Below, piece by piece: positions 1 through 10,338 of a stretch of DNA of 64,000 nt (the first letter of the stretch is position 1; each line of letters starts with the position of its first letter). A program made the translations under genes and the position numbers. The notes under the pieces were generated by a model. It was not told where the DNA came from, ran no database searches, and saw nothing but the letters and a program-made list of their open reading frames with translations. The stretch is taken from NCBI GenBank assembly GCA_036231405.1, contig JAZAHK010000028.1, positions 75,164-139,163 on the forward strand, in the 5' to 3' direction. The stretch is from Nitrospinota bacterium (GTDB lineage Bacteria; UBA8248).

Positions 1-1089
1 AAATTCGAGCTTGATTAAAAATTTTATTTTGTTTTTCAATTCTCCTTTCAATTTTCTTGGCTGAATTTTTAGTTTCATTTTTTTCGCCTCAGGATCTATC
101 TGGTACTTGGATGGTTCGCAGTGCTGACGGAAATTATATGCTCAATAAAAGTTATGGTTCTGCACGTCACCAGTTTAAGAAGATAGTTGTAAATTATTCC
201 TTTGGAGAACATCACACTCGTTTGTCCTCAAAGAAAACAAAATGTGAAAAAAATATTAATACTAGGCGACTCATTTACTTTTGGTTGGTTACTGAAGGAA
301 AAAGATACTTTTGTTTTTAAATTACAAAATCATATTGAAAACAGGAAAAGGAAAAGATGTTTTTTAAACGCTACTGCAGGTGGTTGGGGATTGTCTCAAT
401 ATCTTGCATATACACAGGATTTTATACAAAGAATAAAGCCTGATGTTGTTTTGTTTTTTTTGAGCTTAGATGATGTAAGTAGAATTTTTCGAAAGAAAAT
501 CTTTGAGTTGGATAACGGAATACTTAGGAGGAATCGTATTAAGTCAGATAGCCTTACATTTAAGGAAATTGTAAATTCAATTCCATTCTATAATTGGTTG
601 CTAGAAAGGTCACATATCATGAATCTAATTAGAAAAATCATATTGACCGGTTTTAATAATCAAAAGTATACGTTAAATGAATCAGCAAATAGGTTCACTA
701 TTTATCATGGAACTTCGCTCTTATCTAAAAGAGATTCTGAACGGGCTGTAAGATTTGCGGAAAAGATTTTTGCTTCAATAAAGATTCATGCTAGTCGTGC
801 AGGATCAAAATTGTTCGTGGTTACAACAGGTTGGCAAGGATTAACTACTAATTTGGATCATCCAAAAAATCCTAATATTCAATTTTTTAAGAATGCAAAG
901 AGTTTTTTTAAGAATCTGCAAGTTTCTTATATTGATTCTTCGAAAAAAATGAGAATTTTAAAGGGAAATACTCCTATTTCGAATTATCTTATCCCTATGG
1001 ATGGACATCCAAATGCAATGGGATCAGAATTTATTTATCGATCTTCTGTGAATGGAATCCTAGATTTATTGAAAAAGCATTCTTTGTGA
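1..1089 (+). pseudogene. SGNH/GDSL-family hydrolase with N-terminal membrane anchor, split by two frameshifts (pseudogene or assembly error); 5' end may lie outside the window
   Basis: Frame 2 NSSLIKNFILFF joins frame 3 SILLSIFLAEFLV...KTKCEK at a T5 tract (32-36). That joins frame 1 KILILGDSFTFG at an A7 tract (247-253). GDSF block I, NATAGGWG block II and DGHPN block V are present. Confidence 0.75.
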
Positions 1090-1104
1090 TTTTTTAATTG
1101 AAAA

Positions 1105-2469
1105 TTAAATTCTCGAAAATTCCTCGCAAATACTAGCCATGTACTTTGCACCTTCTATTAAATGTTCAATCTTTATGTTCTCGTTCACGCTATGAGTTCT
1201 GGCAGTGATATATCCCACTCCTGTTGAACAAAGAGGAATGCCTAGATGCTTAATAATTGTCCAGGTAGGAGTACTTCCAATTCCAAATGGATTTATTACT
1301 GGAACAGCTCCATACACGTTTTGAGATGCAGTTTGGCAGGCTTTTACTATTTCACTTTCCGGGTCGCTTTTCGCAGGATACGATCCGGTCCCTAGCATTT
1401 CTACTTTAATGTCGTCAAATCCATGTTTCTCTAAGTGACGACGAACACATTCGTAGATTTTTTCTGGTGTTTGTGCAACTACCAACCTACAATCAATTTT
1501 CGCGCTTGCTTTTCCCGCTACAATTGTCTTACTTCCTTTTCCAGTATACCCTGCATTCATTCCTGCCAGGTTGAATGATGGATTGGTGAGATGCCTGCGT
1601 GGCAACTCTTCGTTAGGAAGATCTAATAGAAATTTTCTAATTTCGAATTTATTTTTTCTGTCTTGTCCGTCATAGGGTTTCATCTTTTCGACAAGTTCCT
1701 CTTCGTTGGCAGTTAAAGGAACTACATCGTCATAAAAGCCTTCAATAAGAATATTCTCATCTTGGTCTTTCATTGTAGAAAGTGCCCAGTTTAGTCTCCA
1801 AGCTGCGTTTTCGTATATTTGCGCATGACTACTATGGAAATCAACATTTGCAGTTTGTACTGTTAACTCTAAATAACACATTCCTTTGTTCCCCAAGGAC
1901 AAGACTGGAATATCCTCACGAAACGTATCTTCCCAAATACAAGCATCTGCTGAAAGAAGTTTTTTATTTTCTGGCACAAAATGTCTAAAGGAAGGACTGC
2001 TCATCTCTTCATTTCCTTCTATCACATATTTTACCGAACAGGGTAGTTCTCCTCGAACAGCTATAAAAGCCTCAAAGGCAGCCAATCTACTCATGATATT
2101 TCCTTTGTTGTCAGTCGAGCCTCTTGCAAAGATGTGTCCATCTCTTATCGAGGGTTCAAAAGGTGGGGTCTCCCACTCTTCTTCTGGATCAGGTGGCTGG
2201 ACATCATAATGATTGTAAAAAAGTATGGTTTTTTCCGATATGCCCTTTAAAAATCCTGTTAAAATAGGGTTATGCGAGGTTTCGTGTCTTTTTACTTTAA
2301 AACCTGTTTTCTCAAGACGTTTTTGCATTAGTTGTGCCATCTGTTCAATTCCAATATCTGTCGTGGAAATACTGGGTTGACGGCAAAGTTCGCAAAGGTC
2401 TTCTACAATACTCTCTGAATTATTCTCAATATATTCGAAAATATTATCCATGGATTTTTCTCTGGACAT
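1105..2469 (-). CDS. M20/M25/M40 family metallopeptidase (ArgE/DapE-like)
   Basis: YNHYDVQP, RGSTDNKG, EGNEE and C-terminal THSVNE motifs; start moved to ATG 2469, which follows an AAGGA RBS. Confidence 0.9.
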   Translation of the reverse strand: MSREKSMDNIFEYIENNSESIVEDLCELCRQPSISTTDIGIEQMAQLMQKRLEKTGFKVKRHETSHNPILTGFLKGISEKTILFYNHYDVQPPDPEEEWETPPFEPSIRDGHIFARGSTDNKGNIMSRLAAFEAFIAVRGELPCSVKYVIEGNEEMSSPSFRHFVPENKKLLSADACIWEDTFREDIPVLSLGNKGMCYLELTVQTANVDFHSSHAQIYENAAWRLNWALSTMKDQDENILIEGFYDDVVPLTANEEELVEKMKPYDGQDRKNKFEIRKFLLDLPNEELPRRHLTNPSFNLAGMNAGYTGKGSKTIVAGKASAKIDCRLVVAQTPEKIYECVRRHLEKHGFDDIKVEMLGTGSYPAKSDPESEIVKACQTASQNVYGAVPVINPFGIGSTPTWTIIKHLGIPLCSTGVGYITARTHSVNENIKIEHLIEGAKYMASICEEFSRI

Positions 2470-2483
2470 AGAGTTCCTTTCCT

Positions 2484-2846
2484 TTAATGTTTTTTTGGTG
2501 GAAACAATTTCCACATTGCTATTGTCCATATCAGACATACACTATAAACGAATAAAAACAACTCCATCGGAAGATTCCAATATAGAATTTCTCTAAACCA
2601 ATAAGATACAAATGATTCAGAGTTGTAAATTCCGCGAAAACTGTTTTCTATCGATGTTAATGGACAGGTAATTCCCAAGACTGTTTCTGCAGTGACAATC
2701 AAAATGGCGATAGTATGGATGGTTCTAATTTTAAAACTTTTGCACCAATTCCACTTCAATTTATATCCAACTGGGATTAAAAAAAAACCGGAGGTGATGC
2801 AGAAGGCAAGTAGAAAGTGTAAAAAAAGAACGAAATTTGGAATCAA
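2484..2846 (-). CDS. DUF2784-family membrane protein
   Basis: Hydrophobic 120 aa with LH...R.IH...GITCPLTSIENSFR...SFVSYW pattern. Confidence 0.75.
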   Translation of the reverse strand: MIPNFVLFLHFLLAFCITSGFFLIPVGYKLKWNWCKSFKIRTIHTIAILIVTAETVLGITCPLTSIENSFRGIYNSESFVSYWFREILYWNLPMELFLFVYSVCLIWTIAMWKLFPPKKH

Positions 2847-2877
2847 TACACTTAGCCTTTTTTAGTATAGAGCGTAT

Positions 2878-5800
2878 TTAATTCTGACTTTTTTTCTCGG
2901 CAATTTGTCGAAATAATGGAATTCCAATTAAAACAATACCTAATGCAAGCATTGCTAAGCTGTGGAAGATAATAAATAGGATTAGGAAAACGAAGGCTAC
3001 AGATAAGAAGACCCTTTCGTAATATCGTAATCTTGCCAAGAGCCAACCCTGAGTAGCCGCTGAAAAAGCTATAAATGCAATTAATGTCATGACCGAGGAT
3101 AGAAGAATTCTTCCTGGTGTTCCAAAAGTAAGCAGAGAAGGTTCAAACATAAAAAGGAAGGGAACAACAAAACCAACAATTGCAAATCGAAGAGACATGA
3201 TCGAGGTTTTAAAATAAGGAGCTCCAGCAAGTTTCGCTCCCACAAGCGAAGCGATCGCAACAGGAGGTGTGATCGCTGAAAGAATTGCAAAATAGAAGAT
3301 AAACATATGCGAGGCTACTTTGTCTCCTTTGGCTGCAATGAATTCTTTTGCCCATACTTCTCCATACACATTTGTAAGTTCTGGTCCAACAAGTTTAATC
3401 AGTACTGGACCACCTAGGATAGCTAGTAAAACGTAGGCGGCCGTTGTAGGCATTCCCATTCCGAGAATAGCGCAACAAATTGCTGTTAATAGAAGTGCTA
3501 CGAAAAAACCATCTAGTCCCAGATAATAAGCGCACCCGCCTCCTACAGCTGTTCCAAAGAAACAAATGTCTTTCGCAAGTGTTTCTATTAAAAAAGCAAA
3601 CTTATTTCCAATTCCTGTTATAGTGAGCACCGTAACTACGATGTCTATAGTAGCTAGAGTAACTCCAAATTCAGCTCCTTGTTTTCCTCCTACTTTAAGA
3701 GCTTCACGTATTCTGTCAACCCATACACCAGCAGTATCAGATGCCTGTATGTCAGGCCCCTTTTGGTTAAGATTTTTGGCACGTTGAGAATAGATGAAAG
3801 GGTTGAGAAATATTGCAACTACCTGCTTGACACTTGGACGTGTATTGTCAATTTTGTCAGGATCTTTGTCTGAAGATAGGATAATTTTTTGGATGATCGC
3901 ACCAATTCCAAAAAAGACTATACAGTGGTAAATGAATCCGAAAGGAGTGAACCATCCTGAGAAGTTTGAAATTGCTGGAAAAACGTAATATAAGCCTTTT
4001 TGAAAATAGAAGGTCCCACCCCAAATTATAAGAAATAGCCACGGAATAGTAGTAGTAGTAGTAAAGAAATTTCCGCGGATCATTGATAGTAATGAAAGGA
4101 AAATTAAAACGATAAACGATCCTGCCACTCCAGATGTCCAGCCAAATGCCATCCAGAGTTCAAGCGCAGCTACAGGATATATTACTGGCCATGCGTTTTG
4201 TATTTCATTCCAGAATACCTTTCCCGACGAATTTGTCCTGATGAGCAGACTAGTGATGATCGTCCCTGTAATACCAACAACAATAGCAGACTTAATTACA
4301 GACATTATATGGACACTATCTCTAATACCTAAGGGCCAACCAAACCAAACTTCGAAAGTATTTAGCAGAGAGAAAATAATAAAACTGAAAGCCCAGAAAG
4401 TAACAGGAACAAAAACGTAAACATCATTTGGAATAATCGATACGTCTTTTCTATATGTTGCAAGAAATTCTGTAACATTTCGGTAGAACCAAACGCCAAC
4501 CATGATAAAAACTGACATTACACCTGCGAAAACTGGTGTTCTTCCCTCGAAAAGGAAAAACACAAGAAATGCAAGAGGTACTAGATAGAACCATCCAGAA
4601 CGAAGTTCCATTTTCCAATCTGGGATCTCGCTACTAGGAAGTGGTTTCATATTCAGTGCCCCAGATGCAAAATGAATATTTATGCCTACTATGACGAAAT
4701 AAAGTATGGCTGGAATAGTAGCGTAGAGGATGATTTGGAAATATGGGACCTCTATGAGTTCTGCCATAATGAAGGCGCCTGCACCCATTACGGGAGGCAT
4801 GATCTGACCACCACTACTAGCAGCAGCTTCTGCCGCACCCGCTATATGCGGACTAAGACCAATCCTCTTCATTAGCGGAATAGTAAATGTTCCCGTTGTC
4901 ACAACATTTCCAGATGCACTTCCAGAAACGGTACCCATTAGTGCACTTGAGCCAACTGCAGCAAGCCCCGCACCAGCTCTCATTTTTCCGAACAGTCCTA
5001 ATGCAAAATTCACAAAAAATTTACCAGCACCTGATTCGTGGAGGAAAGCACCTAGTATGAGAAACATAATTATAAATGTGGAGGAAATAACGACAAGGAA
5101 CCCTAGAATTCCGCCTATAAAATCAGTGGTAAGTTTTGCCAGCATTTCAACCCAATCGTGACCCCCATGCCCAAAAGGTGAGGCAAATAAATTTCCCCAT
5201 ATTCCATAAACGATAGAGATAATTGCTAAAATAGGAAGTGGGGGGCCGAAAGAACGTCGGGTTAGTTCTAATGCGACAACCATCATAACAAAACCGACTC
5301 GAGTATCTCCAACTGTTGGGGCAGAGACCCTGTCCACCATTTCTTCGTGAAAATAGAATAAGTAGAGACATGCAACCACAACGTAGAGAAGCATCCCGGA
5401 GTTTAGCCCGATTGTTAACCCTGCAGGATATGGATACGATGGAGTTTCAGAAAATTTTTCTCTCATTTTCCTTTTTGCCCAGAACAAAGGAATTAAAAGA
5501 ATGAAAGCAGGCCATAGATATGTAAAACTTCTTATTGCATCAGCTTGATTAGCCCATATAAACACTCGCCAACAGATTAAGAAAAGAGAAACAAAAAATA
5601 CTATTATAGATACGCTCGCATTTTTTATGCCAGAAATAGGTCTGTAAAAAACTCCAAACAAAGCCCACATCGTCGGAATTGCCGAAGCTAAAAGGAACCA
5701 CCATAAGGTTGGTTCTTGTGTACTTTCAGAAAGAGAACTCCAGTTTGGAAGTAAAACGAAAAATGGAATAAAACTTAGTAACCATAAGGTGAGTGCATAC

Positions 5801-6195
5801 CAACACTTCTCCACAGCTATCATGGCAGCCCAAAGGGCAAAAGGTATAATGTATACCCATATTAAATTTTGTTCTGACCATCCTTTTCCTAACTCTTCTG
5901 AAAAATAGAAAAAGAAGACAGCAGGGAAAAGAGAAACAACGTAGAGAATTGGGAGAATGTTTAGTTTTTTTATTTTTTCCCCATATACTTCGGGCATTGC
6001 GCCGGCACCACCGACCAAAAGGATAATGTAAGCTAGAAGCATATGCATGTTAGGGTGCATCTCTCCTGGAAGCGGATTTATATAGACTGCAGCAATGTGG
6101 TAAAGAGCGGACAGAACTGCAACCCATGAAGAAATGAAGATAAGACTACGGACTATTGGGTTTGATGTGTTTTTGGAATTAGAGCCGGTGACCAT
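2878..6195 (-). CDS. TAXI-type TRAP transporter fused 4TM/12TM permease (DctQM-like), unusually long
   Basis: LELTRRSFG, SSALMGTVSGSASGNVVTTGTFTIP, EAAASSGGQIMPPVMGAGAF, LGMGMPTTAAY, HMFIFYFAILSAITPPVAIAS; likely ATG at 6195 after GGAAGG. Confidence 0.93.
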   Translation of the reverse strand: MVTGSNSKNTSNPIVRSLIFISSWVAVLSALYHIAAVYINPLPGEMHPNMHMLLAYIILLVGGAGAMPEVYGEKIKKLNILPILYVVSLFPAVFFFYFSEELGKGWSEQNLIWVYIIPFALWAAMIAVEKCWYALTLWLLSFIPFFVLLPNWSSLSESTQEPTLWWFLLASAIPTMWALFGVFYRPISGIKNASVSIIVFFVSLFLICWRVFIWANQADAIRSFTYLWPAFILLIPLFWAKRKMREKFSETPSYPYPAGLTIGLNSGMLLYVVVACLYLFYFHEEMVDRVSAPTVGDTRVGFVMMVVALELTRRSFGPPLPILAIISIVYGIWGNLFASPFGHGGHDWVEMLAKLTTDFIGGILGFLVVISSTFIIMFLILGAFLHESGAGKFFVNFALGLFGKMRAGAGLAAVGSSALMGTVSGSASGNVVTTGTFTIPLMKRIGLSPHIAGAAEAAASSGGQIMPPVMGAGAFIMAELIEVPYFQIILYATIPAILYFVIVGINIHFASGALNMKPLPSSEIPDWKMELRSGWFYLVPLAFLVFFLFEGRTPVFAGVMSVFIMVGVWFYRNVTEFLATYRKDVSIIPNDVYVFVPVTFWAFSFIIFSLLNTFEVWFGWPLGIRDSVHIMSVIKSAIVVGITGTIITSLLIRTNSSGKVFWNEIQNAWPVIYPVAALELWMAFGWTSGVAGSFIVLIFLSLLSMIRGNFFTTTTTIPWLFLIIWGGTFYFQKGLYYVFPAISNFSGWFTPFGFIYHCIVFFGIGAIIQKIILSSDKDPDKIDNTRPSVKQVVAIFLNPFIYSQRAKNLNQKGPDIQASDTAGVWVDRIREALKVGGKQGAEFGVTLATIDIVVTVLTITGIGNKFAFLIETLAKDICFFGTAVGGGCAYYLGLDGFFVALLLTAICCAILGMGMPTTAAYVLLAILGGPVLIKLVGPELTNVYGEVWAKEFIAAKGDKVASHMFIFYFAILSAITPPVAIASLVGAKLAGAPYFKTSIMSLRFAIVGFVVPFLFMFEPSLLTFGTPGRILLSSVMTLIAFIAFSAATQGWLLARLRYYERVFLSVAFVFLILFIIFHSLAMLALGIVLIGIPLFRQIAEKKSQN

Positions 6196-6400
6196 ACATA
6201 CCTTCCATTGAGACAACTAAAGTCATAAAAATAGTACTTGACGATTTGCTGTTCTTTAGTTCTAATTGGAAACTATACTATATATTTTACTTTTTTTTAA
6301 ATACATTAGTTGTTTTTTAGTCTTCCCGTGAGGACTTTTTCTATAATGCGACTGAAATCTTAAAGTCCATTTCTTATTTTGTATTATGAAGGAGAATGTA

Positions 6401-7378
6401 ATGAGAAAAACAATGCTGCATGTAGTTTCGCTAGTAGCTGTCCTTGCCTTTCTAATAGGAACTGCTCCTATTGCAAGTGCTGGTCAGAAAATTTTGTTAG
6501 GAACTTCTCAACCAGGTGGTGCAACTTTTGAAGTGGGTGTAGCTATGTCAAAGGTTATCAATGATGGTTCTGGCGGAAAATTGAATGTTGAAGCTGCTGT
6601 TACTGGTGGTTCAACGGGTAACGTTCGAAGTTTGCAAAAGAAAAATAAGATGAGACCTTTCCGAGTTGGTATGGGAACTGCGCCTGCGGTCTCCTGGGGA
6701 CAGAATGGGAGAAAACCTTTCAAAAAGCCTCAGGATGTTCTCGCATTAGGTGCACTTTATCCTTTAACAGTTGTTTACGCTACTTACAAAACTTCTGGAA
6801 TTAAAAAGTGGAGTGATACTGCTGGAAGGAAGTTTGTTGTTGGTGGGCGTGGTGGTTCTATTTACATCGTAACACAGCTTGCTCTAGATATTAGTAAAGT
6901 AAAAGCGAAACGTGAATTCTTTAATAACAACCAGAATTCTGCTGCCATCAAGGATCAGCGTGTGGATGCTGGTTTCTTCTTCCTTAATGGTGGTATCCCT
7001 GCTCCTGCATACATGGATCTTTCCCGAGTTTTATCTGGGAAACTTCACTTTTTTGGACCGGATGAAAAAACTATCGCTACTTTAGCGAAAAATGAAGCTG
7101 GTCTTGTTCGTGATGTTGTTAAAGCAGGTTCTATTACAGGCTATAACAAGGATATCGTGAGTTGGGGTCAGATGTGGGCTTTAATGGCTAGTAGCAAGAT
7201 GAGCAATAGTACTGCATATACATTTGTTAAATCTCTCTATGATAATGCTTCTAAGATTAGTAAGTATCATCCAGTTGGGAAACATATAAAGAAAGGAACT
7301 GGAATGAGAGGATTGGGAAAACTAAAAATTCATCCAGGTGCTGCACGTTACTGGAAAGAAAATGGAGTTACTCCTTAG
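6401..7378 (+). CDS. TAXI family TRAP transporter solute-binding subunit
   Basis: Signal peptide (..PIASA), LGTSQPGG, TGGSTGN, C-terminal IHPGAARYWKE; ATG 6401 after AAGGAG. Confidence 0.92.
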   Translation: MRKTMLHVVSLVAVLAFLIGTAPIASAGQKILLGTSQPGGATFEVGVAMSKVINDGSGGKLNVEAAVTGGSTGNVRSLQKKNKMRPFRVGMGTAPAVSWGQNGRKPFKKPQDVLALGALYPLTVVYATYKTSGIKKWSDTAGRKFVVGGRGGSIYIVTQLALDISKVKAKREFFNNNQNSAAIKDQRVDAGFFFLNGGIPAPAYMDLSRVLSGKLHFFGPDEKTIATLAKNEAGLVRDVVKAGSITGYNKDIVSWGQMWALMASSKMSNSTAYTFVKSLYDNASKISKYHPVGKHIKKGTGMRGLGKLKIHPGAARYWKENGVTP

Positions 7379-7390
7379 TTTTTTAGCACT

Positions 7391-7428
7391 AAAAAAAACC
7401 TCCTCTTGTATGAGAGGAGGTTTTTTTA
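7391..7428. terminator. Bidirectional intrinsic terminator between the TAXI gene and the convergent FkbM gene
   Basis: A8-CCTCCTCT-tgtatg-AGAGGAGG-T7. Confidence 0.9.
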
Positions 7429-7539
7429 TCGTCTATTCGTTAGTTAGTGAAATAATTTTTCAATACTCTTAGTCTTCATCAAAGCCTGATTAGAATCTTG
7501 CTCCATCATCCGGATTAAGTTGGTACTCGTATTCCATAT

Positions 7540-8484
7540 TCATTCTCCTGTTTCATTTTTCTTTTTATTTATTTGAATTATTAAATTTCCCTTGAATTCT
7601 CCTTTTTTTGTTTCCTCTATTTGATGAGTGATAGCAGATTTTCTAAGAAAGAATCCTAATAGTGAAAAGATTTTTGAAATTTTCCCTTTGTCCTCATTCC
7701 ACAACGTTGTTCGTGAAAATTTAAATGCCTTAGCTCTTCCCTCAAAATCTTCAACTATAGAATTTATGTTTATATTTTCATTCCATGATTCGAAAACAAT
7801 AATTAGATTGAAGTTTTCAGGGACTGATTTAGCAATCGCTCTAATAATCGATATCTCTAGTCCTTCTACATCTATTTTAATAATTCCGTTAGCAAGGTTA
7901 TCCTTTGCTAGAGTATCAAAAAGATTTTCAAGGTTCTTCCATGCATTTTTAATTTTTACCTGTATTTTAGCGTAAGTGTTTTTGTCGGTTTTTCCACTCT
8001 TATCTTTTTTTGCAAGAATTTCTTCGTTGTACGGATTAGATTCATGTTTTATATAACCTCCGCCCCAGTTTTTTTGAGGGACAAACAATTCGAATATTCC
8101 ATCTTCCTCCCCTAATCCAAAATTGTATAAGAAATAATCGGTGTGTCTTAATGCGATTTTTGAATTTACTTCCAGTATCTTAAAGCAGTCAGGATTTGGT
8201 TCAAACATATGTATCTGCCTAAACTTTTCTCCAGTTTGACATGAGATAAGCCCAATATTTGCGCCAATATCTATTAAGAAATCTGAAAACCCTTCCTCCG
8301 AAAAATGGATTAGAAAATTCTTTATATGTTCTTCATAAGCACCAGATACCATAGGATAAGGAGAAATGATGTCTTGATTTCTCAAAAAAAGATTCAACCC
8401 ATTTTTGGTAATCTTTTTAAAAAAAAGAAATTTTAGATAGTTTCTGATAAACTTCTGAACGGATTGTTTGAAAATGAATTTCAT
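7540..8484 (-). CDS. FkbM family SAM-dependent methyltransferase
   Basis: LIDIGANIG, FEPNP, NFGLG, IIKIDVEGLE motifs. Confidence 0.88.
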   Translation of the reverse strand: MKFIFKQSVQKFIRNYLKFLFFKKITKNGLNLFLRNQDIISPYPMVSGAYEEHIKNFLIHFSEEGFSDFLIDIGANIGLISCQTGEKFRQIHMFEPNPDCFKILEVNSKIALRHTDYFLYNFGLGEEDGIFELFVPQKNWGGGYIKHESNPYNEEILAKKDKSGKTDKNTYAKIQVKIKNAWKNLENLFDTLAKDNLANGIIKIDVEGLEISIIRAIAKSVPENFNLIIVFESWNENININSIVEDFEGRAKAFKFSRTTLWNEDKGKISKIFSLLGFFLRKSAITHQIEETKKGEFKGNLIIQINKKKNETGE

Positions 8485-8571
8485 TATCCCTTCTTCTCTC
8501 GTTTTTTTAAACGAGTATGAGAAAGTGTGAGGTTTCCAAAAGTATGCATATTCATTTTTTTTAATGAAATT

Positions 8572-8967
8572 TTAAATTCCTTTCCAATCGTCTTTTTCAT
8601 CCCATTGATCGAAAACTTCCTGTGCTGCTCTTAAGGATGCGTTTGTTCTGGGATATCCGATATATGGTGCGCAAGTAGTAATAGATTCTATGATCTCATC
8701 TTGAGTTGCTCCTTTATTTAGTGCCCCTCTGACTTGTCTTTCCACTCCATCATATTCCCCCTGAGATGCACAAACCGCGATAAGTATAAATTCTTTTATC
8801 TTTATTGAAAGATTAGGTTGTGCCCATACAGTACCATAGCAGTATTCAAAGATTGCTCTCCCATGCATTGGTGATATTTTTTCTAATTGTCCTATTCTTT
8901 CCTCTCCACTTTTTCCTAGAACTGACAGAGCAATTGCCTTCCCATTTTCGTATCTTTCGGTTTCCAT
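8572..8967 (-). CDS. Carboxymuconolactone decarboxylase (CMD/AhpD-like) family protein
   Basis: YGTVWAQPNLS..KE, RGALNKGATQDEIIE, APYIGYPR pattern; AAGGAG RBS. Confidence 0.82.
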   Translation of the reverse strand: METERYENGKAIALSVLGKSGEERIGQLEKISPMHGRAIFEYCYGTVWAQPNLSIKIKEFILIAVCASQGEYDGVERQVRGALNKGATQDEIIESITTCAPYIGYPRTNASLRAAQEVFDQWDEKDDWKGI

Positions 8968-9002
8968 TTTAGAACTCCTTTAGATTAGATTCGAAGGTCA
9001 TT

Positions 9003-9385
9003 TTAAGAATTTGATAGTTTATGCAATATCTCTTCGTGATTTTCTGCTTGGACAAAATCTTGAACTAATTTCCCGTTTCCTGAGGGACTTTTAACCGAAA
9101 AAAACTTAGTAGAATTATCAATAGTCATTGCGCAGTGAGGAGTATTCTTAGGAATGTGAACTAGAGTGCCTGGTTCCGAGATTTGAATTTTATCCTCTAG
9201 AAACATTTTGATTTTTCCCTCTAATATTAGCATGTATTGTTCTTCATGAGGATGGAAGTGGGGAGATGGATTTTTTTCTGTGAGACAACCCATCCAGCTT
9301 TCATTAGTTCTCCAATAACCACATGATTTACATTAGCACCTTGTCCTTTTCTCTCTGTGACATTTTCTATGTTATAGAATGGCAT
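9003..9385 (-). pseudogene. Cupin-domain protein frameshifted at an A7 tract
   Basis: RBS AAGGA plus ATG at 9385 gives MPFYNIENVTERKGQGANVNHVVIGELMKAGWVVSQKK. After the A7 run (9271-9277) the cupin motifs PHFHPHEEQYMLILEG and PGTLVHIPKNTPH continue in another frame. Confidence 0.75.
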
Positions 9386-9426
9386 TTGATTTCCTTTAGA
9401 AAATCTAGTTTTTAAAAATGAATAAT

Positions 9427-9753
9427 TTAGCCTCGAGGAAGTGAACTGAGATCACGGGCAGGACTATAGATGGAAACAATTTTGACATTAGAAAGAGTCT
9501 CGATTCTGTGTGGAACATCTCCGGGTATTTGAACGGCATTGCCAGCTTCTACTATGTTTTCTTCTTCCTCAATTTTTACCTTTAAACGACCTTCTAAAAG
9601 ATAGACTACTTGTTCTTGAGGGTGGCTATGTTCTTGTACGATATTAGCTTCACGTTCTAGAAAAAAAATAGTGAGATTCTCTCCCTGCAAAATCTTTCGT
9701 TTTGTTCCTGTTAATTTTTCAAAATCCATTTCATTTACGTTAATAAAGCCCAT
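9427..9753 (-). CDS. Cupin-domain protein (cupin_2)
   Basis: EHSHPQEQVVYLLEG and AGNAVQIPGDVPH motifs; AGGAG RBS. Confidence 0.87.
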   Translation of the reverse strand: MGFINVNEMDFEKLTGTKRKILQGENLTIFFLEREANIVQEHSHPQEQVVYLLEGRLKVKIEEEENIVEAGNAVQIPGDVPHRIETLSNVKIVSIYSPARDLSSLPRG

Positions 9754-9783
9754 GAGCATCTCCTATTTAAGATTTTTATTTTA

Positions 9784-10308
9784 TTATGAACTGTATGTTT
9801 TTTTTTCGCTTTTTTTTGATTCTTCAAGTAACAAGTTTTCATAAGTTATTCCCCATTCTGAGAATGGTTTTAATGTTAAATGAGAGTTTAGATAGCGAAT
9901 TTGTTGTGTTACCTCAGGACCTAGCCAAGATGGGCAAATAAATTGATCATCCGTACTACTTAATTCTATTTCTGCAATGATTAGATGTTGATTTTCTGCC
10001 TTAAAAACATCAATTTCCCATTTTTTATCATCGTGAAAAACTATGTTACGAATTTTTGAGATTATGTTTGAAATGCAGTGTTTTTCGAGTAATAATTTAC
10101 CATGTTCTTCTTCTAATTTTGACTCAAATTCGAACCGTTCATTCTGGCTTTTCTCTATTTTAACAGTAAGAAAGTATTCTTCGTTATGACGTCTTACGCG
10201 GAGGCTTCTGCTTTTTTCAATAAAAAGATATCCCTGTTCAATTAACGAACTAGAATGAGATTCTCCCCATGCAGAACGTACTAAAAATTTCTTCTCAATT
10301 TCTACCAA
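9784..10308 (-). CDS. CYTH domain (triphosphate tunnel metalloenzyme) protein
   Basis: EIEKKFLV, QGYL, LRVR, RFEFE, ISKIR, WEIDVF, AEIEL, WLGPEVT..RYLN. Confidence 0.9.
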   Translation of the reverse strand: MVEIEKKFLVRSAWGESHSSSLIEQGYLFIEKSRSLRVRRHNEEYFLTVKIEKSQNERFEFESKLEEEHGKLLLEKHCISNIISKIRNIVFHDDKKWEIDVFKAENQHLIIAEIELSSTDDQFICPSWLGPEVTQQIRYLNSHLTLKPFSEWGITYENLLLEESKKSEKKTYSS

Positions 10309-10338
10309 GACCTACCTCTTTTCCAAAAAAATTAGATT

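Noticed and set aside
4047-4063. Five-copy trinucleotide (GTA) repeat in the TRAP permease
   Set aside because: In-frame, encodes a short Thr run; too short to imply phase variation
7444-7542. UGA readthrough of the FkbM gene (31 open codons follow)
   Set aside because: No Cys or redox context, no SECIS-like hairpin, and the domain is already complete
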